From assembly GCA_964016885.1 (NCBI GenBank), contig OZ024743.1, positions 14,446,001 to 14,510,000 of the forward strand: a stretch of DNA of 64,000 nt, given 5' to 3'. Of the stretch, positions 1-14,904 are shown piece by piece; position 1 is the stretch's first letter; every line of letters begins with the position of its first letter. The translations under genes were made by a program, and so were the position numbers. The notes under the pieces are model-generated. The model did no database searches, had not been told where the DNA came from, and saw nothing but the letters and a program-made list of their open reading frames with translations. The DNA comes from Eledone cirrhosa (Eukaryota).

Positions 1-790
1 TGTATCATAATTATATGCAATCATTCAAGTCAAAATGGTCCGAATTGGTGATACATCGTGTAAGATCGCGATAGCTGAAGATAGATGTATAACGGAGCAA
101 AATATAGAATTTAGAGTAAGTCAACATAAGATATCAAGCAATGCAAAAGAATATAGTTTTCAATAACTTTTTCGATCAATTAATGTAGATAAATATAGAA
201 TTAATCCGTAATTAACATTTAAAGTAGTTGCATTATTAATGTAATCACAATGTTAATTCATAAATTTATTTACACCATCTCTTCAAGAATAAGACAACAT
301 ATCTAAATGTATGTGTCAATTTGGATTAAGAGAAATACCAAATAATATGGAGTATAACCAGTATAAAAAGCAGTGACTGAATGAGAAAAGAATTTACTCA
401 TAATGAAGTGATGTGTATCAACTGAATTATAAATTATAAAGTATAAATGTACCAGTTCAGGGTAAACACTATTTATTCGATTTTACGGTCCTTAACGAAG
501 CCAAAACCAACGGGGAGGCCACATTAGATAGTTGACAGCAGATACAGTAGGTGTCTATTAACTGAATGCTTTGAACACAGACACACAGACATGAAGTTAA
601 ACCTTTCCTGCTTTAGTAACCTCTCTAACTAAGCAAGGTGTCTTATTAAATCTATCATCAATAATAAATGTAATGAAATATCCTAACTAAATTGTAATTG
701 GTTGATATTTGAACTAAATGCTCAATGTTGTAATCTAAGTACTCTGTAGATCTGGTTATAACGATAAATTCGAATTTAACCCTAGTGATA

Positions 791-957
791 ATAATTGTTT
801 CTACTTTTGTCACAAGGCCGGCACCAACCCTGGTGCATTACTGGTACTTTATTTTATCGAAAGGATGAAAGGCAAAGTTAACCTCGGCGGCATTCGAACT
901 CAGACTGTAAAGGGCAGTAACTCTATACTGCAAAGCATGGCGTCCGAACCTCTACCT
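791..957 (-). mobile_element. tRNA-derived SINE (Nin/Deu-like core), diverged copy
   Basis: Reverse complement matches the 22051-22237 SINE: B-box GTTCGAAT, GCCTTTCATCCTT core, TAAAGTACCAGTAATGCAC and AAAAGTAGAAACAATTAT tail. Confidence 0.85.
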
Positions 958-1676
958 ATGAATGATACCTCCAATATTATCACTCACATTGAGGCAAAAC
1001 CCCTATAAATCTAGTTTTTTAAAACCCCTATAATTTTTTTTTTTAAAAGGATTTTCTTCTTGGTATAATTGTCTCCTTTCTTTTTTTCTCTATTTTAATA
1101 TGTAGACGAAAAACCTCTATAAATAAACAATTCTGTTATTAGGTGTGAATATGGGATTGTTGGTCTTATATTTATATATACTTACATGGGTTTCTCACAA
1201 ATAGTCACCTGTCGTCTCTCTTAAGGAAACATTTTAAACCTCTATTTCACACCCACTGTATCCGGTGTCAATTATATGTCTGTTTGTTTTGGGCTTAATT
1301 GAGAGTCCCAAATTCAAATAAACATTACCACTGTACAGGTAAATTTATATTTTTTAAATTTATAGTTCAGTTGATACAACTTACTTCCATAAGATTAAAT
1401 TATTTGCCCATGCCAGTAATGTTTTTCTACCGATTATACCGTGGATTATTTAATATTTCTGTAAATATAAATTGACAAATCAATTCTAACATTTCCTTAT
1501 TCCTGAAGAGGTGTAGATGAATTGATGCATTATCAGTGAATTTACATAAGTATATATATAAGTATATATACATATATAAGTATATATGTGTATATGTGTA
1601 TGTATATATGGACGTATGTATGTGTGTGTCTATATGGATGGACATGTATATATGTATCTATCTATGTGTGTGTGTG

Positions 1677-1733
<57 letters not shown>

Positions 1734-1765
1734 TAAGATCAAAAGATGGTTAAAAGAGTTCCATG

Positions 1766-1836
1766 TATTTTATTATGCGCATTTCAAAAACAAATATCAT
1801 CATGCGAAGACATTTGCGTTTTCGTCAGATAAAATA
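1766..1836 (-). ncRNA. Type I hammerhead ribozyme (inverted-arm copy)
   Basis: tattttat-CTGACGA-stem II-GAAA-tgcgca-TA-ataaaata on the minus strand; 8-bp stem I, palindromic stem III. Confidence 0.8.
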
Positions 1837-3770
1837 GGGAGACATGATATGAAGGTTAAAAAACACTTGTGAATAGTGCAGTTTTAAATCAACATATGAA
1901 AAGTAGTTTTAGATTCATGTGTGATATTGGGAAAAAAGTTGAGGGGTGGGGTGGAAAGGATGAAAAAGAGGAGGAGATGAGAGTAAAGAATGGAGGGGGG
2001 AGGAGTATAATAAGGAAGGATGAGATAGGAGGAGAGATGGGTGATAGAGAGAGAGAGAGATAGCTTTTATAACTGAGAAAAATATGTTGTTTTACATAGA
2101 GAGGTTATAAAACCGTTGGAAGATAATATATAAATTAAAAGAATTTGAAAATTAACGAAGTGAAACATTTTATAATAATGATAAATTATGGTTTGTATAT
2201 TGAAGGGTTTAATAATATGTGCGATGAAAAGAAATTGTTAATATGTATTAAGAATAATATTTAAGGGTTTAATAATATCTGCGATGGAAAGAAATTGTTG
2301 ATATGTATTATTAAAAAAATATAAAAAATATAATAATAGTAATGTAATTAAGGATATATTGTGAAGTAGAAGAGTGGATGAATAAGTTTAATATGTATAA
2401 GTTAGATGAACATGAAAGGGAGAAAAAATAATGAATTGAGGATGAATAATCTAACGTCAAAAAAATGTTTGTTTACGAAGGATTTTTCAAGGTGATATTA
2501 TAAAGTATATAAAAGGGTAAGGATATATTGTGGTGAGTAGTAATGAGAATTGAGAAGTATCTAGGAAGAAAAGTTACAGATTAGAGGTTAGAAATTAAAA
2601 GAAAAAAAGAAAAAAAGAAAAAAAAGGAAAAAAAAAAAGAATGGGAAGTGATAAATAGGAGTGATATAGAATGAATAACTAGTATTATATAATGTATAAT
2701 AAATAACATTGAAATAAGGTAGAAAGATGGGTATATTTTTAAAGAAATATATATGTGCCTTTGAGAAAAGGATTTTAAATTGGTAAAGTATTAGATATTA
2801 GCTGTATACTTTATGGAATGTTCTGTGGAATTTATGCAAGCAGAGAGAAAGCAAGTCAGTGCGTCTATTTATTATAGAATCTAAATAAGATATAATGATA
2901 AATTTCTCACATAAACAGAGATTACATGTCTTGGATAGAGAACCATTCAAGTATGGAGAAGCAGAACAAACCTTCTTCAAAGAGATGTTATAGTTAATAT
3001 TTTTGCCTTTCAAGGACCATATGAGTTATGAGAGTGCCGTGTTGGTTCTTTTAAGTTGGTATTTAAAAGACGAATGATATATTATAAAGACGAGCTTTAA
3101 AGGAGGTGGAAGTGGAGCCAAAATAGGTAAAGGAATTGGTGTCCGTTATAACTTTACATTCGTAGATTAGGTTTTTTTCAAGACAATGGTTGTTGAGAGG
3201 ACATTTATTTTTAACAGGGCAATTACAATTGCGATTAGAGAGATTTACATAGTTAATAACAAGTGACCTAGTGTTATCTATAGAAGGAATTCGATTGGAG
3301 AATTTATTTACGATAGGAATAATTTTTTCTTGATTTAAAATGGGATTAAGTATATTTAACGAAGTTGCGTTTGACGTTGTATTTGGGTTTGCAGAAATTA
3401 GCCTAGAGTTAACAATGACGTCGGGAGTACTATTACTATTATTATGATATTCAGTGTTGGAAGGAAGAGATTTAGTATTTAATATTTTATTGTTGTGTTT
3501 AGAGATAATGTTGGAGATGTTGGAGGAGGTCGAATAGGAAAATGTTATAGTGTGTTTGTTAAATATTTTACTATAGATATGCGAGGGAGGGAAGCATTTA
3601 TTTAAGGCACTAAAGAATAATTTAGGAATATTATTATTAATAGAGATGGAGAAAGGAACATTATACCAGATTATGTTTTTGTATCTAGGTCTTTTATTAA
3701 AGTTATTGGAATGATCATGATTAATTATTCATATGTAAGATCTTCTAGAATTTGTTTCTCTACTATATTT

Positions 3771-5925
3771 ATAAAAAATCCTAAAATCTTAAATCTTAAA
3801 TTCAAGAGAAACCCTTACAGAGGACAAGAGCACGCTGTAAATCTCAAGAACACGATTTCAAACCTAAATTCCTCAAAAAATGTTTTAGTCCACTCTGACA
3901 AAACAAATAATTTATATGGTATTTCTAAGGATAACTATAACAACCTTATCTTAAAGGAACTTAGGAAAAAATATCACAAAACCAACCATGATAATTTAGA
4001 ATCCATAAACTTTGAAGCTTCTGAGATTATGTCAAAACTTGGCATCGGAAAAAAGACCGAACCATTCCTCCCAAGAACTCCGAGGATAAATCTCAAGGAT
4101 CAGAAAAACAACTTTCGTACTGAACTACCTGTTAGACTAATCGCCCCCTCTAAATCAGATCTGGGGGTTGTTAGCAAAGCCATCTTGGATAGAATTATCC
4201 CACAGGTTCGTTCTAATTGCTCTTCTTTGAACTTAAATTTATGGTTTGGTACTTCTGAAGAGATTGGCTGGTTCAACAAATTGAATAAGAAAAACAAACG
4301 AAAATGTATTCAATTTGATATTACTTGCTACTATTCTTCTATTTCGCCCTCACTTCTCAACAATGCTCTATCTTTCGCTTACAAATATTCAGACATCACC
4401 ACAGATGAATTTCACATCATTCTCACCGCACGTAAATCATTCCTAGAGTTCAACAATGAATATTGGAACAGAGCTGATACCTCTAACAACGTTGACATCA
4501 CAATGGGAGCATCCGATTCATCCCAATTGACAGATTTAATTGGTATCTTTATTTTGAACTCTTTGAATCGTAAAATTCCTCAACTTCGCGGTGGAGTGTA
4601 TCGTGACGATAAACTCTTTACTATCTTAAATTGCAACATAGTTAACCTTAATATTATTAAGAACAATATACGTAATCTGTTTAACCAACATAATTTATAA
4701 ATTGAATTTGATAACATCAAACTAGCTAATTTCTTGGATGTATCTCTTAATCTTGACACTGGCCTATATTACGCTTACCATAAAAACAATGAGAACCTAA
4801 TTTATGTTAATTTTAAATCTAACCACCCCACTAATATTAAGAATGCTATAGTTAGTAATATTCTAAAAATAATATCCAACCTATCATCTAATAAAAACAT
4901 CTTTGATGCTAACGCCAATTACTATAATAACGCGCTTTCTAAAGCCGGTTATCCTGATGAAATCAAATATAGTAAAGAAACAAATTCTAGAAGATCTTAC
5001 AGTAGAATACTTAATCATGATCATTCCAATAACTTTAATAAAAGACCGAGATACAAAAACATAATCTGGTATAATGCTTCTTTCTCCATCTCTATTAATA
5101 ATAATATTCCTAAATTATTCTTTAGTGCCTTAAATAAATACTTCCCTCCCTCGCATATCTATAGTAAAATATTTAACAAACACACTATAACATTTTCCTA
5201 TTCGACCTCCTCCAACATCTCCAACATTATCTCTAAACACAACAATAAAATACTAAATACTAACGCTCTTGCTTCCAACACGGAATATCATAAAAATAGT
5301 AATAGTACTCCTGACGTCATTGTTAACTCTAGGCTAATTTCTGCAAACCCAAATACAACGTCAAACGCAACTTCGTTAAATGTTCTTAATCCCATTCTAA
5401 ATCAAGAAACTATTATTCTTATCGTAAGTAAATTCTCCAATCCAATTCCTTCTAGGTCACTTGTTAATAACTATGTAAACCTCTCTAATCGCAATTGTAA
5501 TTGCCCTGTTAAAAATAAATGTCCTCTCAACAAACATTGTCTTGAAAAAAAATTTAATCTACGAATGTAAAGTTATAACTGACACCAATTCCTTTACCTA
5601 TTTTGGCTCTACTTCCACCACCTTTAAAGCTCGTCTTTATAATCATCATTCGGCTTTTAAATACCAACTTAAAAGAACCAACACGGCACTCTCATAACTC
5701 ATAAGGTCCTTGAAAGACAAAAATATTAACTATAACAATCTCTTGGAGGAAGGTTTGTTCTGCTTCTACATACTTGAATAGTTCTCTATCCAAGACATGT
5801 AATCTCTGTTTATGTGAGAAACTTACCATTATATCTAATTTAGATTCTATAATAAATAGACGCACTGACTTGTTTTTTCTCTGCTTGCATAAATTCCACA
5901 GAACATTCCATAAAGTATACAGCTA
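3771..5925 (+). pseudogene. Disrupted PLE RT / GIY-YIG ORF (stop at ~4700, frameshift near 5550)
   Basis: ORF-track pieces 3711..4700 and 4734..5570 plus downstream CNLCLCEK...NRR.DL..LCLHKFHRTF; sequence before 3771 belongs to the inverted arm. Confidence 0.88.
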
Positions 5926-6913
5926 ATATCTAATACTTTACCAATTTAAAATCCTTTTCGCAAAGGTACATATATATATACATATATATTTCTTTAAAAA
6001 TATACCCATCTTTCTACCTTATTTCAATGCTATTTATTATACATTATATAATACTAGTGACTCATTCTATATCACTCCTATTTATCGCTTCCCTTTCTTT
6101 CTTTTTTTCCTTTTTTCTTTTTTTCTTTTTTTCTTTTATCTTTGTTTCTTTTAATTTCTAACCTCTAATCTGTAACTTTTCTTCCTAGATACTTCTCAAT
6201 TCTCATTACTACTCACCACAAAATATCCTTACCCTTTTACATACGTTATAATATCACCTTGAAAAATCCTTCGTAAATATAAACATTTTTTTGACGTTTT
6301 GATTATTCATCCTCAATTCATTATTTTTTTCTCCCTTTCATGTTCATCTAACTTATACATATTAAACTTATTCATCCAGTCTTCTACTTCACAATATATC
6401 CTTAATTACTTTACTATTATTATATTTTTTATATTTTTTTAATAATACATATCAACAATTTCTTTCCATCGCAGATATTATTAAACCCTTAAATATTATT
6501 CTTAATACATATTAACAATTTCTTTTCATCGCACATATTATTAAACCCTTCAATATACAAACCTTAATTTAACATTATTCTAAAATGTTTCTCTTCGTTA
6601 ATTTTCAAATTCTTTTAATTTATATATTATCTTCCAACGGTTTTATAACCTCTCTATGTAAAACAACATATTTTTCTCAGTTATAAAAGCTATCTCTCTC
6701 TCTATCACCCATCTCTCCTCCTATCTCATCCTTCCTTGTTATACTCCTCCCCCTCCATTATTTACTCTCATCTCCTCCTCTTTTTCATCATTTTCAACCC
6801 TCCACCTCAATTTTTTTACCAATATCACACATGAATCTAAAACTACTTTTCATGTGTTGATTTAAAACTGCACTATTCACAAGTGTTTTTTTAACCTTCA
6901 TATCATGTCTCCC

Positions 6914-6984
6914 TATTTTATCTGACGATAACGCAAATGTCTTCGTATGATGATATTTGTTTTTGAAATGCGCATAATAAAATA
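6914..6984 (+). ncRNA. Type I hammerhead ribozyme in PLE 3' end
   Basis: tattttat-CTGACGA-(gcaaatgtc/gatatttgt stem II)-GAAA-tgcgca-TA-ataaaata. Confidence 0.8.
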
Positions 6985-7902
6985 CATGGAACTCTTTTAA
7001 CCATCTTTTGATCTTATATATTATTTATACTCCAGTCCTACAAACTGTAGAGTGCTACTTATCCGATATCTGCCTTGCTTTATTGTACTACAATAAAACT
7101 CACCTCCTACACACATATATATATATATATGTATATGAATATATGTGTATATGTGTGTGTATATGTATATATATATGTATATATGGGGGTATAGATGTGT
7201 AAGTATGGATATACATATGTATGGATGTGTATATATCTGATTATTTGCAAGCGTGTGGATGTGTATTTAGATTTGCATCTATTTGCACGTATGCATATTT
7301 TGGTTAGATATCAATATAACTGTACCTCTCTCTATATGTAGTGTTAATATATGCACTATGTAGACTATGAAATTTATGTGTTTTAACTATGCCAACATGT
7401 ACTTATCTGAGTTTGATTGTTTATGCATAAACATACTTAGTAATATTTTAGAACATATAATATGTTATATTATACTGATTTACCACACCGTACTGCATTC
7501 TGTTGGTTAAGATGTACATTATCGCATTACTATATCACATTATCTTATTATAATTTTGATCTTTTAATATACTATCTTTCCTAGCCATAACATTCATTTA
7601 TATTCACCTTAAAACTCAATACAACACTAATCACCATTTATTTAGACATTCCTTTTAAATTCACTATACAAGATACATTCAACTATCAGTTTGACAATCT
7701 CCTTCTTTCCTAATAGATTTTTATGCCATTTCTACTAACACCTTTCAACCATTCCTTTCAAAGAGTCAAGACCTCAACTAAAGTGTATTACTTTTCCTCT
7801 CACCACAATATGAAAAAAACAATTTGATTCATTAGTTCTTCAACTACCTCCAAATATGGACATGATACTAATTCTGAGTAAAATTATTATTGAATAAATT
7901 TA

Positions 7903-8042
7903 TTATTGCTATTGAAAACAGCTGGTGATATGCATGTAAGTAAATATTCTCTCTATCTGATAGTTTGTTAACTTGCATAGATCAATAACTGAGTATAGAT
8001 ACAATGTATTATCACCATCTAGAAACGATCGTAAAGCAGTGA
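7903..8042 (+). ncRNA. Degenerate long-stem-II hammerhead related to the 40321-40473 family
   Basis: ttattgcta-TTGAAAA (decayed core)-tggtgat...atcacca-GAAA-cgatcg-TA-aagcagtga; shares ctgatagtttgt and ctagaaacgatcgt with 58574-58711. Confidence 0.45.
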
Positions 8043-8081
8043 AGTATATCTCTAATGACTTGATTTTTTATTTCATTGTTT

Positions 8082-8127
<46 letters not shown>

Positions 8128-8661
8128 GGGGGGGGGGGTATTATTATTATTATTATTATTATTAGGAATAACTCGAAGTTCATGAATACATTTACGCATG
8201 GACAACACCGTTATATGAACGAACATATCTCTTGGGACATGATTTAAAATGAATTATATTCGCGAAGGTATAATGTGAAGCGCAATTGCATATAGAGCGA
8301 ACTTAATGGGTGGGTACTAACTAGCATCTGAATAATAGAGGAACATGTAAAAATATATAATATATGTTTGTATATAATAGCATAAAGGAGACTCGTTTAG
8401 TATATATTATGCTGTGATTATATCAAAACTACCACAGTACATAGATATATCTTCGCATTATTAAACATAAACGCATTGTATATACTTCCATATAAGCCTC
8501 ATTCTAACTCAAACATTGTAATTCATACATATATACAAGTGAATTTAGATGAAGTTTAGAAATGGACATATGAAAATCTTCATTGAAATTATATCGGTTG
8601 ATCATAGCGAAGTCGTATATGTAAACATATACCAATGCATTACCTCTGAAGCGTCTTCTAC

Positions 8662-8725
<64 letters not shown>

Positions 8726-8738
8726 CACACACACACAT

Positions 8739-8800
<62 letters not shown>

Positions 8801-9007
8801 ATACTTTGGGAGAGTCATTTTGCCAATGAAATTGAAATAAATATCAATAAAAATTATAAAATTAGGACAGACGTTATATGATTTAATACAAAATATCTGT
8901 CTCATACATATCTGTATTATTGGCAACATGACCCTCCCAAAGTATAACAATATCGGTTTCAACACACGTTTTCAGATAAAGAATCTTGCTAAACAAATTC
9001 AGAAACG

Positions 9008-9213
<206 letters not shown>

Positions 9214-9344
9214 CTCCGTAATAGCACCACCAACTACAAAAACAAAGACAGTTGAACTGCTTTACGTTGAGTACTCTCTATATTATTACATTACGATTGA
9301 CCATACGGAATAGACCAGCTCTATACAGTGGTGAATCTCAAACC

Positions 9345-9417
<73 letters not shown>

Positions 9418-9438
9418 GTATATATGTATATATATATG

Positions 9439-9525
<87 letters not shown>

Positions 9526-10108
9526 ATATGCTTGTTTTTTTTTTCAGGGAATGTGAACGAGAATGTGAGAGTAAGGTATGTATGAGAGAAACATTTTCTA
9601 TTAAAACATATAACGTCTGTCCTAATTTCATAATTTTTATTGATATTTATTTCAATTTTATAAAAGTTCCTTGAAGATAGTTTTTAACTGTAATTTTCAT
9701 AAATCAATGAACTTGTCTAGACATTCCCACTAGCTAGAGTTCTAATTGTTTAAGGGTGTTTTTTTTTATTTTGGCTTTACAATCTAAACTAGGAAGGGGA
9801 AGATGTATTGATGTTTGGCTAGGTGTTGACATTAATATTTGAAATTGGGTATAAAGTACATAAGACATATTACAGCAAGTCTCCAGGAATTTAGTCTATT
9901 TTGGATTATGGTTTCTTCAATACATGTAAGTAGATATGACTTTTATTTTTACTTCCATCATTAATCGCTTCGGCATTAATGGTCGCCCGTTGTATTTAAT
10001 AGTTTTATTCCTCTGCAAGATTCCTGTAAATCAAGTGAGATGCGACATGCGCGATGGGATATTTTAAATTCCATGGATTCCCATATATCAAGTTTCAAAT
10101 CCGATATG

Positions 10109-10258
<150 letters not shown>

Positions 10259-10284
10259 TATATATATATATTTTTATATATATA

Positions 10285-10699
10285 TATCACAGAAAAAAAA
10301 GAGAATCAGTGTTGCGATGAATGGAATTTATTGGACATATTAAAATAATTTATCTGGCCACCAGCTCGAGGCACGATCGATGTGATGAACGAACCTGACT
10401 CTGAAAATGACAAGTTCCTCAGATACGTCTTGATTCTTCGTAGCAGATGATCCTATTGGGAAATCTGCTTCGTAGAATCGAGACGTATCTGAGGAACTTG
10501 CGATTTTCAGAGTCAGGTCCAATCAACACATCGATCATGCCTCGCGCTGGTCGCAAGGGAAAGGATTGTAATATTTCCAATAAATTCCATTCGTCGCAAC
10601 ACTGATTCTCTTTTTTCTGTGATATCATACTCTGCTCTACGAGACCATCGAGTGCTCATAGCGCTACCGCATACGGACGTTTTAGGCATGCAACACCAA

Positions 10700-10705
<6 letters not shown>
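10285..10705 (+). mobile_element. Non-coding PLE-type head-to-head inverted element (~170-bp arms) in (TA)n
   Basis: 10285-10445 is a diverged reverse complement of 10463-10625; right arm has an extra tail; related internally deleted copy at 10791-10920. Confidence 0.75.
10482..10577 (+). ncRNA. Type I hammerhead, partly degenerate
   Basis: gacgtat-CTGAGGA-(cttgcgat/gtcgcaag)-GAAA-ggattg-TA-atatttc; the other arm has the better stem I partner atatgtc. Confidence 0.6.
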
Positions 10706-10794
<89 letters not shown>

Positions 10795-10915
10795 AGCACT
10801 CGATGCTTTTACAGAGCAGAATATAATATCACATAAGAAACATAAGAAACGGAGAAACGAGTGTAATATGTCTAATAAATTTTATTCGTCGCAACACTGA
10901 TTCTCCGTTTCTTAT

Positions 10916-10964
<49 letters not shown>

Positions 10965-11111
10965 ATTAAAATACTGGAGCGTGTTGGAATTAAACACCCT
11001 CTTCGTATTATAGAAATGACAGTAAAAGGTATAGCTCAATGCAGTTAAACAGAGCCGAAAAATTAAGATAGTAAAACAAAGAAGCCTTTAATACATCAAA
11101 AGTTTTTATTA

Positions 11112-11149
11112 GCCGACAATGTTTCGTCCCATTAAGGATTCATCAGGGC
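11112..11149 (-). ncRNA. Minimal type I hammerhead
   Basis: gcc-CTGATGA-atccttaatgggac-GAAA-cattg-TC-ggc on the minus strand. Confidence 0.8.
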
Positions 11150-11864
11150 AATTAAAACAACAAGAAGTAATATTGGCAGATACAAGCCGGAAGCTCCGAA
11201 GAATATGGAGTGTACATACACTAAAGTCTTGCAAAAATATATAATAAAAATAATAAAAATATATAATAAGAATAACTAAGGATGTATATAACATTAAGAA
11301 CCATATTACAAATATAGTCCAAAGCAAATAACCTAGAGCTAAACGAAGGTGGTTATATAGAGCAGGAATTATATATAACACAATGTAATATAATATAATA
11401 CATTATAATAATATACCTTTACCAACGTTAAAATTACAATAAAAATCAAAAGGTACAATATGCACATGTATATATGTGCGCACACATATCCTTGAGACAC
11501 ACTCTATAATTTTCTCTAGCGTATCCTTACTTAATAGAAAGTCTGAGATATTCTCTTCTTGCCCCCACGCTATTTCTAATTCTTACTTTTATTATAAACC
11601 CAAACGTTCTAGTAGTACAAATTGTACCCATTAGCAGATATATTCCATTACTTATTTTTTTAGTTTAAGTTCTTTTGTTTGCCAACATTATTATTATCAT
11701 CATTATTATCATTGGTTTTTGATGACTCTTTATTCTAGCTCTCATAATCATTTGGCTACTGTACCATATCTGTCTTCTTACGCATTAAATTTTCACTATT
11801 ACACCTTGTGAATATATATAAGATTACATACTTTACGCTATTTACTTTATTTTATTATTATCTT

Positions 11865-12178
11865 CATTTTTATTTTTATTTTTAATTTTATTTTTATTTT
11901 TATTTTTATTTTTAATTTTTTTATTTTTATTTTTATTTTTATTTTTATTTTTATTTTTATTTTTATTTTTATTTTTAATTTTATTTTTATTTTTATTTTT
12001 ATTTTTATTTTTATTTTTATTTTTATTTTTATTTTTATTTTTATTTTTATTTTTATTTTTATTTTTATTTTTATTTTTATTTTTATTTTTATTTTTATTT
12101 TTAATTTTATTTTTATTTTTATTATTTTTATTTTTATTTTTATTTTTATTTTTATTTTTATTTTTATTTTTATTTTTA

Positions 12179-12209
<31 letters not shown>

Positions 12210-12383
12210 TTTATTTTTATTTTTATTTTTATTTTTATTTTTATTTTTATTTTTATTTTTATTTTTATTTTTATTTTTATTTTTATTTTTATTTTTATTT
12301 TTATTTTTATTTTTATTTTTATTTTTATTTTTATTTTTATTTTTATTTTTATTTTTATTTTTATTTTTATTTTTATTTTTTAT
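11865..12383. repeat. (TTTTTA)n hexanucleotide array inside PLE 3' UTR
   Basis: About 520 bp of near-perfect TTTTTA units. Confidence 0.97.
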
Positions 12384-13935
12384 TCAGATTCATCTTTGGA
12401 TACCCCCCTCCTCCCCATGCGCACATAAACTTATTGTCAACCCCTCCAAATTGACTATGATTATATTTAACCCCCCCCCCCCCTATTTTACGCACCGTTA
12501 TTATTTATTATAGTATATCGACTATATTTTATGCCCCTTTGCATCCTCCATATATTTCTTCAATTATGTCCCCATTGGCCTACCTTAATTCTACTTAAGT
12601 CAGTTTTTTAGATATCGTTATGTATATGATAGTAAAAAAAATTCATTCCTTTTTGTAAACATTTGTAACGAAACATTAAAGTTTATAAACTTTAATGACT
12701 TAAACTATAGCTAATATTATACTACCTTATTGGATAGTTTAAATATTTTTAATATTAATTTATCAAATAGGGTTTTCAAGTCATTTACAGGGATTGTTTT
12801 CCTTAGTTTTTACTTAACTACTTAACCGCATGTGAGACCTAAATGTATATGTTTGTTTTTGTTTTGTAATTTCCGGTTGATTATATTTATTTATTTATTT
12901 TATTCTATATTTTATATTCTATATTTTATTTGAAATACTACTGGGCATTATATTTACTATTTACTATTCACTGTCTGGCACTTACTTACACATCCACATA
13001 TGTCTGTCTACTAACCTTGTAATTATAAGTAATTATATATTATATTATGTCAATTTATTTTATATAATATATTATATTATATTGTATTGTAATATTGATC
13101 CTTATTACTTACTGTTCATTTTATGTAACATTATGATATTTAAACTTTATATATCATGTAAGATGTTTGTATTTTTCTGTACCATCACAATGTTTTTTGA
13201 GTATTGTATAATTTATTTTTCCTCATTTACTCTGTAACCCAGTATGAATCGATTTGTTTACTTGAATACCATTATATATCGTTTATTGTAAATGTTAGCA
13301 CATTGTTAATATATTATTATTATATTATTATTGTGACATCTATATTGTTTGTGTAAATTAACCGGGGATCATCTATTATATTGAATTATATAATTGTATT
13401 GTTTATTATTTATTATATGTGTTTCTTGTAATTATATCATATTATTACCTCATGTATATTGGGTAGATGTATTGGTATTATTATTATTATTATTTTCACT
13501 CTTATCATGCTTATTTTTATATTCAAACTCCTAATAAGGTTTAATTTGTGTAGTTGAAGATAGATGTGCGTATTGTTGTATGTGTGTGTGTGTGTGTGCG
13601 TGTGCGCACATATATACATGTGCATATTGTACCTTTTGATTTTTATTGTAATTTTAATGTTGGTAAAGGTATATTATTATAATGTATTATATTATATTAC
13701 ATTGTGTTATATATAATTCCTGCTCTATATAACCACCTTCGTTTAGCTCTAGGTTATTTGCTTTGGACTATATTTGTAATATGGTTCTTAATGTTATATA
13801 CATCCTCAGTTATTCTTATTATATATTATTATTATTTTTATTATATATTTTTGCAAGACTTTAGTGTATGTACACTCCATATTCTTCGGAGCTTCCGGCT
13901 TGTATCTGCCGATATTACTTCTTGTTGTTTTAATT

Positions 13936-13973
13936 GCCCTGATGAGTCCTTAATGGGACGAAACATTGTCGGC
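13936..13973 (+). ncRNA. Minimal type I hammerhead
   Basis: gcc-CTGATGA-gtcc ttaatg ggac-GAAA-cattg-TC-ggc; canonical core, GUC cleavage triplet. Confidence 0.88.
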
Positions 13974-14018
13974 TAATAAAAACTGTTGATGTATTAAAGG
14001 CTTCTTTGTTTTACTCTC

Positions 14019-14074
<56 letters not shown>

Positions 14075-14739
14075 GTAACCCATTACAACCTGTACCTGGT
14101 AGGTTCGCTGGCGGCCAAACCGGCAGCCCCACCAAGATTTCTTGGTGAAGAGAGTGATTTTAGATAACCCAGCTGGATGAAAGCAGAACCCGTGAGATGG
14201 TGCAGAAAGTCGGGATATTTAGCGGCCATCATTTAAGTTTTTTTTTTGTGGTGCCAAAGACACTTATTCTTCAATAAGACATCTCTCTAGGAGGTTACTC
14301 TGAAACAAACCTGCGACTTCATTTGCATCCAATGATAAGGATCGTTTCCACTCTTTGGGTAAATCAATTCGACATTCAGCGGGTCGGATTAATCCCGTCG
14401 CGAAGACCTTCCTCACTATAATAAGCTTCAAGCACAGGCATCTATTGATATATGACTTTTCTTTACAATGCATCTCATAGCTGGTCATGGGCATGTCCCA
14501 CGCAGGACTAAAAAGCCACGTACATGGTTTTTATGCTTAAGTATGAAACGATTGCATTACTCGAAATCATATAAATGTGATTACTGTTGTGTTAACACTG
14601 GTCTGAGGATCAGGCATATATGTAGTCTGGTCTTGAATACCAACGCAGATCACGAGATGGTAGCTTGAGAAACGTTTGTAACTAGGATTGAGCAATAAAT
14701 CTCCTATGTAACACCTCGAGTTTGTTCTTATTATATACA

Positions 14740-14812
14740 CGGGGTTGATAAAATAAAGTACTAGTAATGCACTGGGTAATTGCTGGCCTTGTGCCTAAAG
14801 TAGAAACAATTA
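14740..14812 (+). mobile_element. SINE 3' fragment
   Basis: cggggttgataaaataaagtactagtaatgcactgggtaattgctggccttgtgcc matches the 3' half of the 22051 SINE. Confidence 0.8.
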
Positions 14813-14904
14813 TATACACTCTGCTCTGCATCAGTCCAAACTTTGGTATTCTCTCCAGTTTTCTTCGGACTTGTGTAATCTTCTGCATATATATATATAT
14901 AACA

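Larger units (their letters stand above)
1729..7095 (+). mobile_element. Naiad-type Penelope-like element, 5'-truncated, with ~2 kb inverted arm (1729-3770 = reverse complement of ~4963-7020)
   Basis: RT motifs HSDKT, VRLIAPSKSDLG, QFDI, MGA, YRDD; GIY-YIG region CNC..CPL, YFG.T, CNLC; long near-identical inverted duplication; both outer ends in (TA)n. Confidence 0.92.
10961..14022 (+). mobile_element. Naiad-type PLE 3' remnant (ORF end 11490-11610 plus ~2.4 kb 3' UTR) with inverted arm 10961-11488
   Basis: 11490-11610 translates LETHSIIFSSVSLLNRKSEIFSSCPH (PLE C-terminal LLN+RSE..S.C.H); 11065-11485 is near-identical in reverse to 13600-14020; (TA)n at both ends. Confidence 0.85.

Noticed and set aside
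11109-13976. Two near-identical 90-aa hydrophobic ORFs (11109-11381 minus, 13704-13976 plus)
   Set aside because: They are the two inverted arms of a PLE 3' UTR, start at TTG and overlap the hammerhead; identity reflects duplication, not coding constraint.
14071-14690. GC-richer segment with short ORFs
   Set aside because: No recognisable domain or termini; probably a decayed TE fragment that I cannot assign.
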